Source: an uncultured Bacillota bacterium
GTDB lineage: Bacteria > Sysuimicrobiota > Sysuimicrobiia > Sysuimicrobiales > Segetimicrobiaceae
Length of the DNA: 10,305 nt
Assembly (NCBI GenBank): GCA_963804645.1
Contig: CAWDRG010000012.1
Coordinates: 1-10,305, forward strand
Reading direction: 5' to 3'
Below, piece after piece: positions 7,501 through 10,305 of the stretch. Numbering within the stretch: position 1 is the first letter of the stretch; every line of letters starts with the position of its first letter. The notes beneath the pieces are model-generated. The model saw nothing but the letters and a program-made list of their open reading frames with translations. It made no database searches and had not been told where the DNA came from. The position numbers and the translations under genes are program-made.

Positions 7501-8202
7501 ATGTCTGCACCGCTTCCGATCGTGCTCATTCCCGGTCTGCTGTGCTCGGCGCGGCTGTTCGGCGAGCAGCTGCCGGCGCTGTGGCGGCGCGATCCCGTGA
7601 TGATCGCCGATCACACGCGCGGCGACAGCATGGAGGAGATCGCGCGGCGGATCCTGGCCGCGGCACCGCCCCGATTTGCCCTCGTGGGCCTCTCGATGGG
7701 CGGATATCTTTCGTTCGAGATCATGCGCCGGGCGGCGGATCGGGTCGCCCGCCTCGCCCTGCTCGACACCACCGCGCGGGCCGATGTGCCGGAACAGAGC
7801 GAACGCCGCCGCGCGCAGATCGCGCTTGCCCGGGACGGGCGGTTTGACGAGATTCCCGACTCGCAGTTCCCGGTCTGGGTCCATCCCGCCCGAGCGCACG
7901 ACGCGGCGCTGCGGCGGATCGTGCGGCTGATGGCGGAGGAGACCGGCGCCGAGGCGTTCGTCCGCCAACAGACCGCGCTGCTCAGCCGTCCCGACTCGCG
8001 GCCGGGGCTCGCCGCGATCCGGTGCCCGACCCTGGTCCTGGTGGGGGATGCGGACCAGGCGACGCCGCCCGCTCGGGCCGCGGAGATTGCCGACGGGATC
8101 GCCGGGGCACGGCTCGTCACCGTGCCTGACTGTGGCCACCTGTCGACCCTTGAGCGACCGGCGGAGGTGACGGGGGCGCTCCTCGCGTGGTTGGAGGCGT
8201 GA
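7501..8202 (+). CDS. Alpha/beta fold hydrolase, 233 aa
   Basis: IVLIPGLLC, FALVGLSMGG, RVARLALLDT, CPTLVLVGDAD, CGHLSTLERP give a complete Ser-Asp-His triad. GAGGAGG RBS upstream. Confidence 0.92.
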   Translation: MSAPLPIVLIPGLLCSARLFGEQLPALWRRDPVMIADHTRGDSMEEIARRILAAAPPRFALVGLSMGGYLSFEIMRRAADRVARLALLDTTARADVPEQSERRRAQIALARDGRFDEIPDSQFPVWVHPARAHDAALRRIVRLMAEETGAEAFVRQQTALLSRPDSRPGLAAIRCPTLVLVGDADQATPPARAAEIADGIAGARLVTVPDCGHLSTLERPAEVTGALLAWLEA

Positions 8203-8429
8203 GTGTGGTCGCCTTGCCGCGTCCCGATGGACCCGCACGCTCCTCGCGCCGGTGCCGGCTCGAACGGATGCCGCGCCGTCATGGCCCGCTCCGTTTCCGC
8301 GCATCGGCGATGCGGGCGCGCCGCGCGTGTGGGAGGAAATGTCGACGGCCGGCCCCGAAGCCGATCAAAAGCGGACCCGGGCGTCGCACGAAGGGCTGGC
8401 CGCGTGACGGAAGGCAGGGAGCCATCGCG

Positions 8430-8846
8430 ATGTTGACCGGGACGCTGGCGTATCTTCGCAAGCCGTTTCTCTCCAACGTTCACCTGGGCCGGCTGCAGAG
8501 CCCGATCGAACTGACGGTCCGCGACGGCCGCATCACGACGATCGACGGCGGCGCCGACGCGCGGACACTACGGGACTATCTGGCCGCGTACGGCGACGAC
8601 AACGCCACTCAGTTTCCAACGGAAGCATCGATCGGGCTCAACCGCCAGGCGCGCGTGACGGGAGTCCAGCGCGAGGACAAGAACATTTTTGGGTCGATGC
8701 ATTTCGGGCTCGGTACCAACATCGACGTCGGTGGGACCGTGAAGAGCAACATCCACATGGACGGCGTGATGCTGGAGCCGACCTTGATCGTCGACGGCGA
8801 GGTCCGGATCCACGACGGGACGTTTCGCGTCCCGGTGACGGAGTAA
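8430..8846 (+). pseudogene. Short (138 aa) M29 aminopeptidase / NicX-fold metalloprotein gene, apparently lacking its central ~200 residues
   Basis: From His at 8481: LGRLQSPIELTVRDGRITTIDGG, EASIGLN, EDKN..GSMHFGLGTN, GGTVKSNIHMDG (HxD), PTLIVDG, which match the C-terminal domain of thermophilic-metalloprotease (M29)-like proteins. Only 17 codons precede it, from ATG8430 (GGGAG RBS at 8417-8421). Confidence 0.7.
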
Positions 8847-8892
8847 CATCGCACGCTGCACGGGCGGCGCGCGGGACGCCGGGGTGATAGGG

Positions 8893-10266
8893 ATGACGGG
8901 GCAGACGTACACAGAGGGGCTGGCGGCATTTATCGCGGGCGTACGGTATGAGGACATCCCGCCAGCGGTGCTGGGGCACGCGAAGCTGATGATTCTGGAC
9001 AGCGTGGGGTGCGGGCTGTTGGGGGCGGGGTTGCCGTGGTCGGTGCGGCTGCGGGCGGCGCTGGCGGGGGTGGAGGCGCCGGGGGACGTGAGCGTATGGG
9101 GAACGGGGACGAAGCTGTCGGCGCCGACCGCGGCGCTGGCGAATGGGACGGCGGTGCACGGGTTCGAGCTGGACGATGTCGGGGTGGGAGGCCACAACGG
9201 GTCGGTGGTCCTGACGGCGGGGCTGGGGCTGGCGGAGCACCGAGGCGGGGTGACCGGGAAAGAGCTGCTGACGGCGGTGGTGGCGGGGGTAGAGACGGCG
9301 AGCCGGGTGCAGAACTGCATCGGCCGTGCGCCGCACGTGAAGATGGGGTTTCACGGGCCGAGCGTGATAGGGACGTTCGCGGCGACGGCGGCGGCCAGCC
9401 GGGTGCTGGGGCTGAGTGGGGAGCAGGTGACGCACGCGCTGGGGCACGCGGGGCAGCAGACGGCGGGGCTGATGGCGGTGCAGCACGGGGGAATGGGGAA
9501 GCGCCTCTTGGCGGGGAAGGCGGCGCAGAGCGGGACGCTGGCGGTGGTGCTGGCCGCGGCCGGATTCACGAACGTGCGGGACATTTTCGAATGTGAGTAC
9601 GGGGGGTTCTGCTCCGCGTTCAGCGGGGGGCAGCGAACGTACAAGCTGGAGGAGTTGGTGAGCGGGCTGGGGACGCGGTGGGATACGCCCGGGGTGAACT
9701 TCAAGATGTGGGCGTGTCGGGTCCCGATCCACCCGGCGCTGGAGGCGCTGCGCGAACTGCAGCGGGAGCATGGGGTGCGCGCGGAGCGGGTGGCGCGGAT
9801 CCGCGTGTGGCTGGACGAGGGGGCGTATAAGGCGGTGGGGTTTGCGTGGGAGCCGACGACGGTGACATCGGCGCAGATGAATTTACAGTACTGCGCGGCG
9901 CAGCTGCTGCTGGAGGGGGACGTGTTCGTCGATCAGTTCACGGACGCGAAGCTGGCGGCCCCGGCGGTGTTGGACATGGTCCGGCGCGTCGAGACGATCT
10001 ACGATCCCGAGCTTGATGCGCTAGGCCACTTTCAGCGGCAGGAGCGGGTGGAGGTAGAGCTGAAGGACGGAGGGATTCTACAGACGGTGGGCATGACGCG
10101 GGGCGGCCCGGAGAACCCGATCGGGCCGGCGGACGTGATCGAGAAGTTTCGCAAGATCGGTCGCCGCTGCCTGTCCTCGACCATTCAGGACGAATTTCTC
10201 AGCCTGTATGACCGTGTCGAAACGCTGCCGGACGTCGCGCCCTTGATTGCGCTCCTCCGCGTCTGA
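8893..10266 (+). CDS. MmgE/PrpD family protein #2, 457 aa
   Basis: LAAFIAGVRYEDIPPAV..AKLMILDSVGCGL, AALANGTAVHGFELDDV...HNG, GFHGP, GKRLLAGKAA, GFTN, FKMWAC, AQMNLQY, RGGPENP, EKF. GGGGTGA RBS at 8881-8887. Confidence 0.93.
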   Translation: MTGQTYTEGLAAFIAGVRYEDIPPAVLGHAKLMILDSVGCGLLGAGLPWSVRLRAALAGVEAPGDVSVWGTGTKLSAPTAALANGTAVHGFELDDVGVGGHNGSVVLTAGLGLAEHRGGVTGKELLTAVVAGVETASRVQNCIGRAPHVKMGFHGPSVIGTFAATAAASRVLGLSGEQVTHALGHAGQQTAGLMAVQHGGMGKRLLAGKAAQSGTLAVVLAAAGFTNVRDIFECEYGGFCSAFSGGQRTYKLEELVSGLGTRWDTPGVNFKMWACRVPIHPALEALRELQREHGVRAERVARIRVWLDEGAYKAVGFAWEPTTVTSAQMNLQYCAAQLLLEGDVFVDQFTDAKLAAPAVLDMVRRVETIYDPELDALGHFQRQERVEVELKDGGILQTVGMTRGGPENPIGPADVIEKFRKIGRRCLSSTIQDEFLSLYDRVETLPDVAPLIALLRV

Positions 10267-10305
10267 GAGCCACACCGAGCGTCTCAACCATTGACGATGG
10301 CTACG

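Noticed and set aside
8187..8429. N-terminal part of the 219-aa ORF as the missing M29 domain
   Set aside because: It is Arg/Pro-rich non-protein-like sequence with no family motifs and overlaps the hydrolase stop.
143..10266. Assigning gene symbols pcaD, prpD, ltp2, bbsEF or nicX
   Set aside because: The resemblance is only family-level. Active-site motifs and gene context differ from the characterised enzymes.
10264..10300. Weak hairpins (tgaga...tctca; ccat...atgg) and TTGACG after the last stop
   Set aside because: The stems are too short, there is no poly-T tail, and the window ends before a -10 box could be judged.

Overview
High-GC bacterial DNA carrying one co-oriented (+ strand) cluster of about 10 enzyme genes, most likely a catabolic operon for an unidentified organic acid. 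Order: PcaD-like alpha/beta hydrolase; MmgE/PrpD family protein #1; non-canonical thiolase-fold protein lacking the nucleophilic Cys (Ltp2/SCP-x aldolase-like); DUF35 Zn-ribbon/OB-fold partner; family III (CaiB/BaiF) CoA-transferase lacking the catalytic Asp; single-Glu crotonase; family III CoA-transferase with the catalytic Asp; second alpha/beta hydrolase; short, apparently internally deleted M29-peptidase/NicX-fold gene; MmgE/PrpD family protein #2 with strong G-ending codon bias. Two probable deletion scars are visible: a degenerate copy of the RBS and first 7 codons of MmgE/PrpD #2 directly behind MmgE/PrpD #1, and the apparent in-frame N-/C-terminal fusion in the M29-like gene. I saw no RNA genes, mobile elements, CRISPR arrays, transporter or regulator. 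All family calls come from motif recognition by eye; no searches were run.
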